Virus record (IMG/VR): IMGVR_UViG_3300037722_000745
Location: 128,001 to 192,000 of that record
Strand: one strand, 5' to 3'
DNA from: a virus
Taxonomy: Duplodnaviria; Caudoviricetes
Length of the DNA stretch: 64,000 nt
The notes beneath the pieces are model-generated. The model was not told the DNA's origin and made no database searches. It saw only the letters and a list, made by a program, of their open reading frames with translations. Positions 28,631 through 37,059 of this stretch are shown here, in pieces. A program made the translations under genes and the position numbers. The number at the start of each line of letters is the position of its first letter. The stretch's first letter is position 1.

Positions 28631-28669
28631 AAAAAGCAAAAGGCCGACCCAGTCTCCCAGGTCGGCCTT
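28631..28669 (-). terminator. Intrinsic terminator after the major capsid gene
   Basis: Minus strand AAGGCCGACC-TGGGAGACTG-GGTCGGCCTT followed by TTGCTTTTT. Confidence 0.8.
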
Positions 28670-28705
28670 CGCCTTGGTTTCTCTAGGCTGTACGCCTAGT
28701 TACGC

Positions 28706-29587
28706 TCACACCCGGGTGATGACAATACGGGTCAAACCACGCGGGTTGAACGCGCCAATGCCCAGGTTCTCGAAGCACGAGAAGCCGATGGTGCGAGCCT
28801 TCGGGTCATCCGCCGACAAGACGGTGACTTCCGTCCTAACGGGGATGCGGCCGAACTGCTCGGGTTCGCAGCACACGTACGAGAAGCCGGTCGGAACGAG
28901 CCTGGACGTGATGATCTGGGCGCCCCACAGAACGGCCTGGAGGCCGGTCTTGAGCAGGGTGGCCTGACTCTCGATGTCCAAGATATCACGACCGAACTTG
29001 CGGATGTCCGCGTAGTCCGTAGCGTTCATGTAGATGCGGGCGACACGAAGGTCGTGACGCTCGATCGCCGCAAACGCATCAGCCAGGACCGCAGGCGACA
29101 CCGGAGCGACCACCGGAACGTCCGGGTTGGTCTGGCCCGGCAGCGTGTCGAAACCCGAGACAGCGATGCTGTCCAAGATCGCGAACACACGCTCATCCTC
29201 CGCTGCCTGGATCTGCGCCTTCGCCAGATCTTGAGCACGCTCGATCAGATCGAAACGACGATCCTTAATCTGAGTGAGAGGGATCTCCGGGTTCGAGGCG
29301 ATCTCGAACAAGGGGAAGATCACGCGCCGAGGCTTCTGGATGGCAAGAATGTTCTCGCCTTCCTCGCCCACGACGTAGGCCGTGACATCCGGATCCTTGT
29401 CGTAGATCGGCAATGCTCCGTCCGGAAGCTGCTCGACGAGGAAGGTCTTACGACCAACCGACGAGTAGTCCCGCCGAAGACGCAGGGGTTGGATCATCGA
29501 AGCTGCGAGCTTCGCACGTCCAGCGGCCGTCTTGATATACTCCGAGATGACCTGCTGCTTTGTGGCGTTTGAGACTTGGTTACCCAT
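28706..29587 (-). CDS. Major capsid protein, HK97 fold
   Basis: 293 aa, strongly biased codons, downstream of protease, scaffold and decoration genes, followed by a terminator; sequence ...DLIERAQDLAKAQIQAAEDERVFAIL...ARIYMN...LWGAQIITSRLVP... fits the HK97 P/A-domain layout. Confidence 0.85.
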   Translation of the reverse strand: MGNQVSNATKQQVISEYIKTAAGRAKLAASMIQPLRLRRDYSSVGRKTFLVEQLPDGALPIYDKDPDVTAYVVGEEGENILAIQKPRRVIFPLFEIASNPEIPLTQIKDRRFDLIERAQDLAKAQIQAAEDERVFAILDSIAVSGFDTLPGQTNPDVPVVAPVSPAVLADAFAAIERHDLRVARIYMNATDYADIRKFGRDILDIESQATLLKTGLQAVLWGAQIITSRLVPTGFSYVCCEPEQFGRIPVRTEVTVLSADDPKARTIGFSCFENLGIGAFNPRGLTRIVITRV

Positions 29588-29615
29588 GGTTCTCTGCTCC
29601 TATTGTCCGAAGTCC

Positions 29616-30242
29616 TCAGACCCTAAGGTCCAACACGAGGAGCGAAGAATTGGCGTCTGGAGCAACCTTAACAATGCCCATGATGGTATTGTTCTCGATC
29701 CCAGCCGCAACCTGGGTCTCGTAGCTGTCCGCGAGTACGTTGGTGAGCAAACCGTTCTGAGAAGCGTACAGTTTGTCACCAGCCGCGTAAGTCAGGGCAT
29801 TCCCGGCGCCACCGCCGATCAGCACCTGTGTCTCGTAGACTGAGACACCAACACACGAGCCGCTCCCGCAGACGTATGGACCGCGTCCCGAAGCCACACC
29901 TGGCGTGTTCTCGAAGGGGTTACCCAAAGCGTCGTTGAGAAACAACCCGAGAGGTCGACAGCCAGCGACAAAGCCAGCCGAGTTGGGGCCACCGATGTAG
30001 TTGTTGCCAACATCGGGCCTGGTGAACGCTACGGTACCACCAAGGACACCTACCTTGATGACGCCCGAAAGCGTGGTGGAGACGGTGTTGGCTACGGTGA
30101 CGATCGGGGGATTGCTCTGTGTGAATGCATCCGCCGTCAGAATACCCACTGAGTTGCGGGTCACGACGTAGAGAGGTTGCAAACGTCCAGAAGTCTCCCG
30201 AAAATCACCCGAGCTTTGACCGCCGATGGCGAAACTAGTCAT
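29616..30242 (-). CDS. Capsid decoration/cement protein
   Basis: Directly upstream of the capsid gene with AAGGAG RBS; RPLGLFLND...YAAGDKLYASQNGLLTN...MGIVKVAP is a typical cement-protein pattern. Confidence 0.65.
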   Translation of the reverse strand: MTSFAIGGQSSGDFRETSGRLQPLYVVTRNSVGILTADAFTQSNPPIVTVANTVSTTLSGVIKVGVLGGTVAFTRPDVGNNYIGGPNSAGFVAGCRPLGLFLNDALGNPFENTPGVASGRGPYVCGSGSCVGVSVYETQVLIGGGAGNALTYAAGDKLYASQNGLLTNVLADSYETQVAAGIENNTIMGIVKVAPDANSSLLVLDLRV

Positions 30243-30304
30243 GGTCTGACTTTCTCCTTCACGGGCAGTTGAACTAGGGTGCTTTACATCCGATTCGATC
30301 TAAG

Positions 30305-30324
30305 CATCTCGGCGAACCGAGATG
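30305..30324 (-). promoter_or_regulatory. UUCG-tetraloop hairpin between scaffold and decoration genes
   Basis: Minus strand CATCTCGG-TTCG-CCGAGATG, preceded rather than followed by CCTTTTT. Confidence 0.6.
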
Positions 30325-30331
30325 AAAAAGG

Positions 30332-31567
30332 TCACTTGAGGTTAAAGGCGTCTCGCACGTCCGGTGCCGACTGCCATAGCTTGGAGAGTTGTTCGATACC
30401 CTCAGATCCACCAGCGGATCCAGCACCGACACCTCCTAGCTTGGACACACCGCCCGTGGGACGGGTCCCAACAGTGCGAGTAGACGCTGTACGAGTTTTG
30501 GCGGCAGCTTGCTTATCCTGCTGCTGCTCATCCTCCTGCTGCTCACCGTCTTCGTCATCTTGAGCAAAGAGCGTACGCAGAATTGCATCCTCCTGGCCCA
30601 AATCACTCGCCCCCACGTCCATCGGAGCGGCTTCCATTTCAATGTCTGCCTCAGACATTGAAGCAGTTTGATCCGCCGACGCTGATAGCATCTGATCGAG
30701 GGTCTCTTCGTCATCCAGCAGAGGATCCTGCTGCACCTGCTGCTGGGGCATCTGCTGCATCTGCCCCATAGCCTCCTGAATCATCTGCTGGATCTGCTGG
30801 GCCATTTGCTGTTGCTGCTGACCCTGCTGCATCTGCTGCTGAGCCTGCTGAACCATTTTCTGGACCTGCTCTTGGGCCGCAGCGTAATTGCCGGAAGACA
30901 CGGCCTGAACAATCTGCTGGGCCATCTGCTGCATGATTTCAGCAGTCTTAGCCTGTTTGCTCTGCTGGCCCTGACCCTGCTGCTGGTCAGCATCCTTGTC
31001 CTCCGACTCCTCATCCTCGGACTGTTGCTGGGCTTGCTTGTCCTGGCCCTCATCGTCGTCATCCGACTGCTGTTGAGCCTGTTTGTCCTGGCCTTCATCT
31101 TCGTCTTGCGAATCGTCGTCGTCACTGTCCTCGTCATCCGAGGCAAGACGGGCATGAGTATCCAGGAGTTCACTGTCCGGCAGGTGCATCAGAGCAACAG
31201 CCTGATCCTCGATCAGCTGTTCAGAGGCGACCTTCTTCCCTCCGAGCATCAACTGAGCGATGGCGATGCAAAGATCGGCTTTCTTCATAAGGACCTCTGT
31301 CGCCGTCTTCTCCGCGTGATTGAAGGTGTCTCCTCGCATCTCGGGCTCACCGATTTCGTTACGCTTAGTCTGACCGCCCTCATACTCCGACTTCCACGTG
31401 CCAGGAGAATGCACATCCTCAGCAAACGCTGAGGGATCCCCAGTCAAGTACTCATCCGCAGGAGGCTGAGGGTGACTTTGATTCATCGTGTAAGGGTCCG
31501 CCTCCTTGTTGATCGAGGCAGCCTTTCGAAGTACGTCTTGTCGATTCCAGGTTGAGCGCTCACGCAT
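30332..31567 (-). CDS. Capsid scaffolding protein, Q/D/E-rich
   Basis: Between protease and decoration/capsid genes; long Gln-rich helical stretch; conserved-looking C-terminal LWQSAPDVRDAF. Confidence 0.7.
   Translation of the reverse strand: MRERSTWNRQDVLRKAASINKEADPYTMNQSHPQPPADEYLTGDPSAFAEDVHSPGTWKSEYEGGQTKRNEIGEPEMRGDTFNHAEKTATEVLMKKADLCIAIAQLMLGGKKVASEQLIEDQAVALMHLPDSELLDTHARLASDDEDSDDDDSQDEDEGQDKQAQQQSDDDDEGQDKQAQQQSEDEESEDKDADQQQGQGQQSKQAKTAEIMQQMAQQIVQAVSSGNYAAAQEQVQKMVQQAQQQMQQGQQQQQMAQQIQQMIQEAMGQMQQMPQQQVQQDPLLDDEETLDQMLSASADQTASMSEADIEMEAAPMDVGASDLGQEDAILRTLFAQDDEDGEQQEDEQQQDKQAAAKTRTASTRTVGTRPTGGVSKLGGVGAGSAGGSEGIEQLSKLWQSAPDVRDAFNLK
31010..31099 (-). repeat. Tandem 45-nt (15-aa) repeat DEGQDKQAQQQS[DE]D[DE] x2
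   Basis: tcctggcc recurs at 31041 and 31086. Confidence 0.85.
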
Positions 31568-31622
31568 GGCAGGGGATCCTTTTTACCTAGGCTGGGGTTG
31601 TCTCCCCGCAGGGGAGCGATTG

Positions 31623-31631
31623 CATAAAAGG
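31623..31631 (-). promoter_or_regulatory. Candidate late-promoter motif CCTTTTATG
   Basis: Immediately after the protease stop codon, 56 nt upstream of the scaffold start. Confidence 0.4.
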
Positions 31632-31632
31632 T

Positions 31633-34600
31633 TTACGATCGGCCCAAAGCATACAAACGACCTTTTTCTAGCAGCCGGGCCGCCTCACTACCTGTAACGG
31701 GTCGGCCAAGAACTTGCCGGCAAGCCGCTAGGTAGGTCTTTTCATCTTCATATGGGGCCGAACCTCCCACATCCAGTACGACCCGATAAACTCTGTTTTC
31801 ACCGGCCATGGTGGTCTTCTGGCCCATGAGATCCATGACCCTAGAGACAGCCAGTATCTCCCTACCTGTGAAGCCTGCTGCCTGCACGCGCTTCCACCCG
31901 CCTTGCTTGTGTAAGATCAGGCCCTGAAGCACTCTCTTAGTTCTCTGCTTACCTACAAAAGAAAACACAGATCTGGCTATCTTTCGCCACTCTGGATGCT
32001 GTAGAGCTGAACGGATCAAAGTATCGTTCTGCGTATTCGGATCATGCGTGCGGATCTCATCCACCTCAGACTTGCTGATCTCGTCCCTAACCTTGCGGAT
32101 AGCCTTTTCCCGAATTGCGTCCGTCAGATCCGAAACTGCCTTGTCAACCGGGTCCTCCTCCACCTCTGGACTCGATTCAGTCTCTGGTTCGAAGGTGTCT
32201 GTGAAATCCTCTTCCTGCCCCAGCGTCCAACGAGCTGCCCTCGACATGTGACTAGGGTCCACTACAGGTGTCGGCATCAAAAACGCCTTGTGGAGCTGCC
32301 TTTCCACACCCTCAGGCACGCCATGCGTGATGATGTTCCTGAGAACGGCTCCTTTGAACGCTGGGTTGGCGACCCATGACGCCTCGATGAAACGGACCGA
32401 GTTAGGATCCGTATAGTGACCGCAATTGTGCGATGCTAGTCCTTCGACCAAATAGGACTCATCCTGATCTACGGCCAGATTGTACACTTTCCCGTCATAG
32501 GTCCGACGACTCAAACCTCTGATGGAGTACAACATGTAACCACGAAACGACCTCCATCTAGGGCCGGTCCCTCTTTCGTGATCAACGTCGAAGCCAAAGA
32601 ACTGCGTTGTCTCGTCGGAAGGTTGGAAATGCAGTTCATGCCTAGGTTTAAGACCATCGATTCCTACACAGGCATCCCCATTCACGACTTGAGCTATCTC
32701 AACAGACCGTCCTTCGTAGACCACTTGCCTACGTGTCCAAAACCCGCATCGTGCAGACACCAATTGCATTTGAGACACCAACGTCTCAGACACAGACGAC
32801 CCGTAATGTCGTGCTACTCGATCAACTGATCCATCCCCATGAACGTAGGCTTTTAGAATTTGCCTTTGAAGCCTAACAGGCCAGTACAATGCTTCTTCTG
32901 ATAGTCGTTTGCTATCTGAGTATTCCCCAGCGTGTCGATAGAACCAATCCGCTGCTGACGTATTGTTGTACGCAACAACGAGCTTGAGGCCACCTTCCGT
33001 TCTCTTGTATAGGTGAACCCGCGGTTCACATCGAGCCCGAGCGTTGTACTGAGTCAGTTTGGCGAGATGTTTACGGCCCGAATTGGCTTCATAGTTAGTT
33101 GTCCTCTCCGACAAAGCTTCGTCTTGAAGTGAACACCACACTCGGGCACGGCTTCTTCTACGACCTTTGACATCCAACCTTTCCCCTGGCTCTAGGGGCC
33201 TAGAAGACACAATCCCTTTACGCGCATAACGGCGAAGAATCGCACCTACATACGACGACGGGAAAATCTGTTTTAAATCACACGTCAGTTTGGGCGTTTT
33301 CAAAGCGTTGAGTAACGAATCAGTTGCATTGCCTCTCCCATGCGAACGCCGCTTTGGTGGAGAGGTCAAACGTTGCTCTGGCGTGAAGCATTTCTCCAAC
33401 AAACCAGCCAACCGGTGCACCACTTCATTCTCATCCTCCCCGTTCAGGGTGAACTGCACACCGCGGCGCTGACCCTTATGCTTGATGAAGGACCCTTCCG
33501 CTAGGAACCAGCCCAACAACTCTGCGCGATCCTCATCTACATCAGAAACTGAGACCCTTTGTTCTGTGAGTATGGGCATGCCAAGCACATCCCCAGGACG
33601 TAGATCTTCAGCTTTCTTGAACACGAACTCAGGAGGGGACAAGGACACCACCTGATTAGGGTTGTGCCCTTTCAAATAACGTCTCCAGAATCTAGCCTTA
33701 CCGAAGTCTTTTGGCCTTGGTAATTTACCTCCACACCCGCAAGCACACTCGTCCCGTACAGACAGTACCCAGAATGGATGTTCTGGCGTAACTTGCAATG
33801 TTTGGGGCACCCCCTCTGCCTTCACGGCGATCAAAGGACCCCGATACGATCGCTCAAACACCCGTGTGACCTCTCGGGGCACACCCTTATGAGTCACGAC
33901 CATGTCCCCGACTTGGAGGGTTTCTACCCCCCTACGGCTCCCATCACTCATCACAACCCGGGATCCGGAAACGAAACAAAGCTCAGCTACTTTTCGCTTG
34001 ATCCCCAGACCGTCGATGAACTCACTGCCCTTGAAGTAACGCACACAAGGGCACAAATGGGTTTCATCCTCCGCAACGTTGCCGCACTTGGTGCAGATCG
34101 TGGACGAGGTTGTGCAGCCCATCGAGAGCGTTCCAAGTTTGCCGCTCTTGATCGCCCGAATAAGCGGGGCGTGCTTGAGATCGTTCGCTATCAGAATGTC
34201 GATGTAGACCGAATCCCCCACATCGCGAGCCGCTGCATCGATGATCCTGCCCTTTGACAGCTCAGGGATCTGAACGTGCTCCACATAAGACTGAGCCCCA
34301 ATGAAAGTCTTGAAGCTCGAGAGCAGCAACTTCCGCTCAAAGGAATCGCAGTTATGAACAGAGACGCCGTTAGCCAAATAGGAGTTGTCCCCTGCAACCT
34401 CCAAGTTGTACACAGGCCCTGAGTAAGAGAATCTATCAATCTTCTCTACCATCTGAAGATGATAGCCGTTCAAAAACCGTAACTCAGGTACGCGCTGAAC
34501 TCCGCCGTTGGCCTCTAACGACGCACGGTATCCAGGTTCGTAGTAAGTACCTTCGACAAGATTCTCTAACCACCCTCCACCACAAGCTACCTGCCAACTG

Positions 34601-35910
34601 ACACACCTCTTTGAAGGATCGCTCTCAATACGAACTGATCCGTCCTCTGATCGCACCCTAGACCGACCATCGGTCTCACTTCTAGTTAGATGTGACGACA
34701 CCCCCAAACGGTGGAGCATCATCTGCATCTGATTAGCCATAGATCGACTAGCTGTGGACCCAGTGAGACGAAAATCAGTCTTGGATGTAGTGAAACTCCC
34801 GTCTCCCTCAAACCACCCTTGCAACAGTTCACGTTGCACCTCTACAGGCGCCCGAAGAAGATCGGAGTGGAGCCTCTTAGTCTTCGACTCACCTGGGACC
34901 CAATGAGAAAAGAACTGAACGAGATCCCTATTGACCGCCGTGTCTACATGGATCCCGTTGTCATTAGAATGAGGGTGGATCTTAGCCTCGACCCCAAACT
35001 CCGACTTGAGCAACGCCACTACAGATTTCGCTAGAGACGCAGTCTCATCCCTGTGGAAAGCCCACGTGGGGGCTACCTTCTCATTGCCCTGGTAAGCGTA
35101 AAGCTTGTAGTAACCCTCAGCAGCGAATAAGCCCAGCAGCCTGGCTTGACCTAAGGTCAAACCAGGGTCAACGGTGTCTCGTAGAACTGGTACCGAAGTG
35201 AAGTCGGTCCTGGACAAATTCTTGGCCTCAACAAACTCACCTGACTTCACCGCCAAGAGCTGCTTGTTCGAGACTCGCTTAGCGTAGTAGCACTCCTTTG
35301 AGCAATAATGCTTACCCAGCAAGAAGGAGATACAGTGCAGACTTCGATGTACTGGCTTAGAGCAGACAACACAGTTAGAAACGGCACGGAACACGAAGAA
35401 CGGATGTTCTCCCGTTACCTCCAGACGTTCTGTAGTCCCACGCGGTTTGATTCTGTAGATCTCTTCAGAGACTTGACGAGACATCACCCGGACTACTTCT
35501 TGCGTGTTCCCTAAGTGGGTGACAACAGAATCCCCCACCTGAACTTGTTCGATGGCCTTCATTGAGCCATCAGCCATCGTGACCAACGTGCCCGGCACGA
35601 AGCAGTTGTTGTTGATGTACTGACTCGTCTCGGGAGTCACATAAAAGTCAGAGTACTTTCGGTTGACTTCAAACCCGTCTACTAGATGACGACCCAGCGG
35701 ATCGGGCGAGTCCGAGACATCCACCGACGCAACGATCGTCGCATGGCTCAGCATGTAACGGGACGGATCGTACTCTTGAAGGATTACCCTGGCTGTGCGC
35801 CTCTGAAAATCAGGTGAGGGGATAACAGCTTTGCTACGCAAGGCGTCCCACTCAGAAAACTTGATGCCAGGCTTTTGGAGCGTGGCTTTGGCGTACTTCA
35901 TGAAGGCCAT
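31633..35910 (-). CDS. Prohead maturation protease (HK97/herpes assemblin fold) with Zn-ribbon, interrupted by two inteins; about 489 aa after splicing
   Basis: Exteins join to give NNN/CDSF...YVEH...SKGRIIDA...LSMGC...CTKC...HLCPC...EL/CG...FIEASWVANPAFKGA, giving catalytic His and Ser (SMG) and a C-terminal ExSxVxxPA motif. Confidence 0.75.
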   Translation of the reverse strand: MAFMKYAKATLQKPGIKFSEWDALRSKAVIPSPDFQRRTARVILQEYDPSRYMLSHATIVASVDVSDSPDPLGRHLVDGFEVNRKYSDFYVTPETSQYINNNCFVPGTLVTMADGSMKAIEQVQVGDSVVTHLGNTQEVVRVMSRQVSEEIYRIKPRGTTERLEVTGEHPFFVFRAVSNCVVCSKPVHRSLHCISFLLGKHYCSKECYYAKRVSNKQLLAVKSGEFVEAKNLSRTDFTSVPVLRDTVDPGLTLGQARLLGLFAAEGYYKLYAYQGNEKVAPTWAFHRDETASLAKSVVALLKSEFGVEAKIHPHSNDNGIHVDTAVNRDLVQFFSHWVPGESKTKRLHSDLLRAPVEVQRELLQGWFEGDGSFTTSKTDFRLTGSTASRSMANQMQMMLHRLGVSSHLTRSETDGRSRVRSEDGSVRIESDPSKRCVSWQVACGGGWLENLVEGTYYEPGYRASLEANGGVQRVPELRFLNGYHLQMVEKIDRFSYSGPVYNLEVAGDNSYLANGVSVHNCDSFERKLLLSSFKTFIGAQSYVEHVQIPELSKGRIIDAAARDVGDSVYIDILIANDLKHAPLIRAIKSGKLGTLSMGCTTSSTICTKCGNVAEDETHLCPCVRYFKGSEFIDGLGIKRKVAELCFVSGSRVVMSDGSRRGVETLQVGDMVVTHKGVPREVTRVFERSYRGPLIAVKAEGVPQTLQVTPEHPFWVLSVRDECACGCGGKLPRPKDFGKARFWRRYLKGHNPNQVVSLSPPEFVFKKAEDLRPGDVLGMPILTEQRVSVSDVDEDRAELLGWFLAEGSFIKHKGQRRGVQFTLNGEDENEVVHRLAGLLEKCFTPEQRLTSPPKRRSHGRGNATDSLLNALKTPKLTCDLKQIFPSSYVGAILRRYARKGIVSSRPLEPGERLDVKGRRRSRARVWCSLQDEALSERTTNYEANSGRKHLAKLTQYNARARCEPRVHLYKRTEGGLKLVVAYNNTSAADWFYRHAGEYSDSKRLSEEALYWPVRLQRQILKAYVHGDGSVDRVARHYGSSVSETLVSQMQLVSARCGFWTRRQVVYEGRSVEIAQVVNGDACVGIDGLKPRHELHFQPSDETTQFFGFDVDHERGTGPRWRSFRGYMLYSIRGLSRRTYDGKVYNLAVDQDESYLVEGLASHNCGHYTDPNSVRFIEASWVANPAFKGAVLRNIITHGVPEGVERQLHKAFLMPTPVVDPSHMSRAARWTLGQEEDFTDTFEPETESSPEVEEDPVDKAVSDLTDAIREKAIRKVRDEISKSEVDEIRTHDPNTQNDTLIRSALQHPEWRKIARSVFSFVGKQRTKRVLQGLILHKQGGWKRVQAAGFTGREILAVSRVMDLMGQKTTMAGENRVYRVVLDVGGSAPYEDEKTYLAACRQVLGRPVTGSEAARLLEKGRLYALGRS
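32425..33978 (-). mobile_element. LAGLIDADG intein (518 aa), second intein of the protease
   Basis: CFVSGSRV start, TPEHPF block B, LLGWFLAEG and KAYVHGDG motifs, VYNLAV...LASHN/C end. Confidence 0.95.
34351..35604 (-). mobile_element. LAGLIDADG intein (418 aa), first intein of the protease
   Basis: CFVPGTLV start, TGEHPF block B, LLGLFAAEG and LQGWFEGDG motifs, VYNLEV...VSVHN/C end. Confidence 0.95.
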
Positions 35911-36287
35911 CAGGCCCCTCCCGAGGAAGCAGCAATACCCATGTAGTCTTCTGGGTGTCGTGCTTGGTCCTCCAGGACCTCCAAAAGCTCCCCAGCTTCC
36001 ACGACAGCGTCCAACACAAACGTTGTGATGTACTTGTGGATTGCGTGCATCCGATGAGCCAAACCTCTAGCCTCTCGTAAGCGATCCGGAGGCAGTGGAA
36101 GAGGTGCCTTGTCTAAAGACGCAATAACATCCCCGAGAATATCGAAGTCCCTTAAGTAGTTAGCCCGATCCAAATCTTGGAGCACACGTTTCAGCTGCTG
36201 AGCCTGGGGGCCTGGACGTAGCAGCCCTCTAGCACGCACTTCCGCCGCATAACGCCGAACCACCCTCTCTTTGACAGACGCTACCAT
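35910..36287 (-). CDS. Hypothetical helical protein
   Basis: 125-aa ORF coupled to the protease start; begins with ERVVRRYAA. Confidence 0.55.
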   Translation of the reverse strand: MVASVKERVVRRYAAEVRARGLLRPGPQAQQLKRVLQDLDRANYLRDFDILGDVIASLDKAPLPLPPDRLREARGLAHRMHAIHKYITTFVLDAVVEAGELLEVLEDQARHPEDYMGIAASSGGA

Positions 36288-37012
36288 CCGAGGGGCTCCC
36301 CCTGCGGACCAAGAAGCGCGTCAGATTTCACAAGGAAGAGATCTCTGGGGCATGCAAACAACCGGATCCGATTACCCTCGGCCATCTTGTATGTCGTCCG
36401 ACGCATCGTTGCGCCGCACTTCGGACAGGAAGGCTTACCCAACTTCAGCTCGTTCTGACTAACCCTGTACTGCCGATTCTGGGCTACCCAATAGGCGGCA
36501 CTCTTGTGGGCAAATTGCTGAAGGCGTAGATCTGCCAACCTAGAGGCTACTTGGTAGAACAATCCAACTTCTGACCTGAGATCCTCATCCAAGACTCCCT
36601 GAGCGGCATAGCGATGCCACAACGTATCGTAAGCCGTTACCTCATTCCCACCTTGGCCCCATAGTCGAGCCAACTCGTGGTAGAACCCGACCGGCATCCT
36701 AGCCCCCTTCCAAAAGGGCCGTCCGCGCAGAGATGCCCAGCGCTCTCGATCTCTTCGACTGTCGTAACTGTCATACGACTGATCAAACGTTGGCGAGAAC
36801 CATGAAGTGATCTTGGGATCGACTCTCACCAGTTCGTCTGGAGACAAACGCTCATTGCCATAGGGAAACTGAACGTCGATTTGCCCCAAACCTCGGTGGA
36901 CACACGTGACATAACCCACATAAGGCGAAAGCGAGTCACCCGAGCTAGGGGCGAATCTCTGCACAGCATCGCCTCGCTTGAAGTCCCTGACGAGCTTCCA
37001 AAAGTCAATCAC
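36281..37012 (-). CDS. Protein with SH3-like N-terminus and C-terminal Zn ribbon
   Basis: GDAVQR...GYVTCVHRGLGQIDVQF...ELVRV; CPKC...ACPRD. Confidence 0.55.
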   Translation of the reverse strand: MIDFWKLVRDFKRGDAVQRFAPSSGDSLSPYVGYVTCVHRGLGQIDVQFPYGNERLSPDELVRVDPKITSWFSPTFDQSYDSYDSRRDRERWASLRGRPFWKGARMPVGFYHELARLWGQGGNEVTAYDTLWHRYAAQGVLDEDLRSEVGLFYQVASRLADLRLQQFAHKSAAYWVAQNRQYRVSQNELKLGKPSCPKCGATMRRTTYKMAEGNRIRLFACPRDLFLVKSDALLGPQGEPLGW

Positions 37013-37050
37013 AGGCTAGGCCCTCTGTCTCCCTAAACGAGGTAACGTCC

Positions 37051-37059
37051 TATCAAGGA
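37051..37059 (-). promoter_or_regulatory. Candidate late-promoter motif TCCTTGATA
   Basis: Overlaps the upstream stop codon, so it may be coincidental; 39 nt upstream of 37012. Confidence 0.25.

Noticed and set aside
1002-29587. Encapsulin system (ferritin-like cargo plus HK97 shell)
   Set aside because: The shell gene sits with portal, terminase, protease and scaffold, and the Dps-like gene is about 27 kb away.
30305-30324. Intrinsic terminator
   Set aside because: No U-tract follows the stem on either strand; kept only as a possible stabilising hairpin.
30806-31432. Plus-strand Leu-rich ORF that looks like a membrane protein
   Set aside because: It is the antisense shadow of the CAG/GAG-rich scaffold gene.
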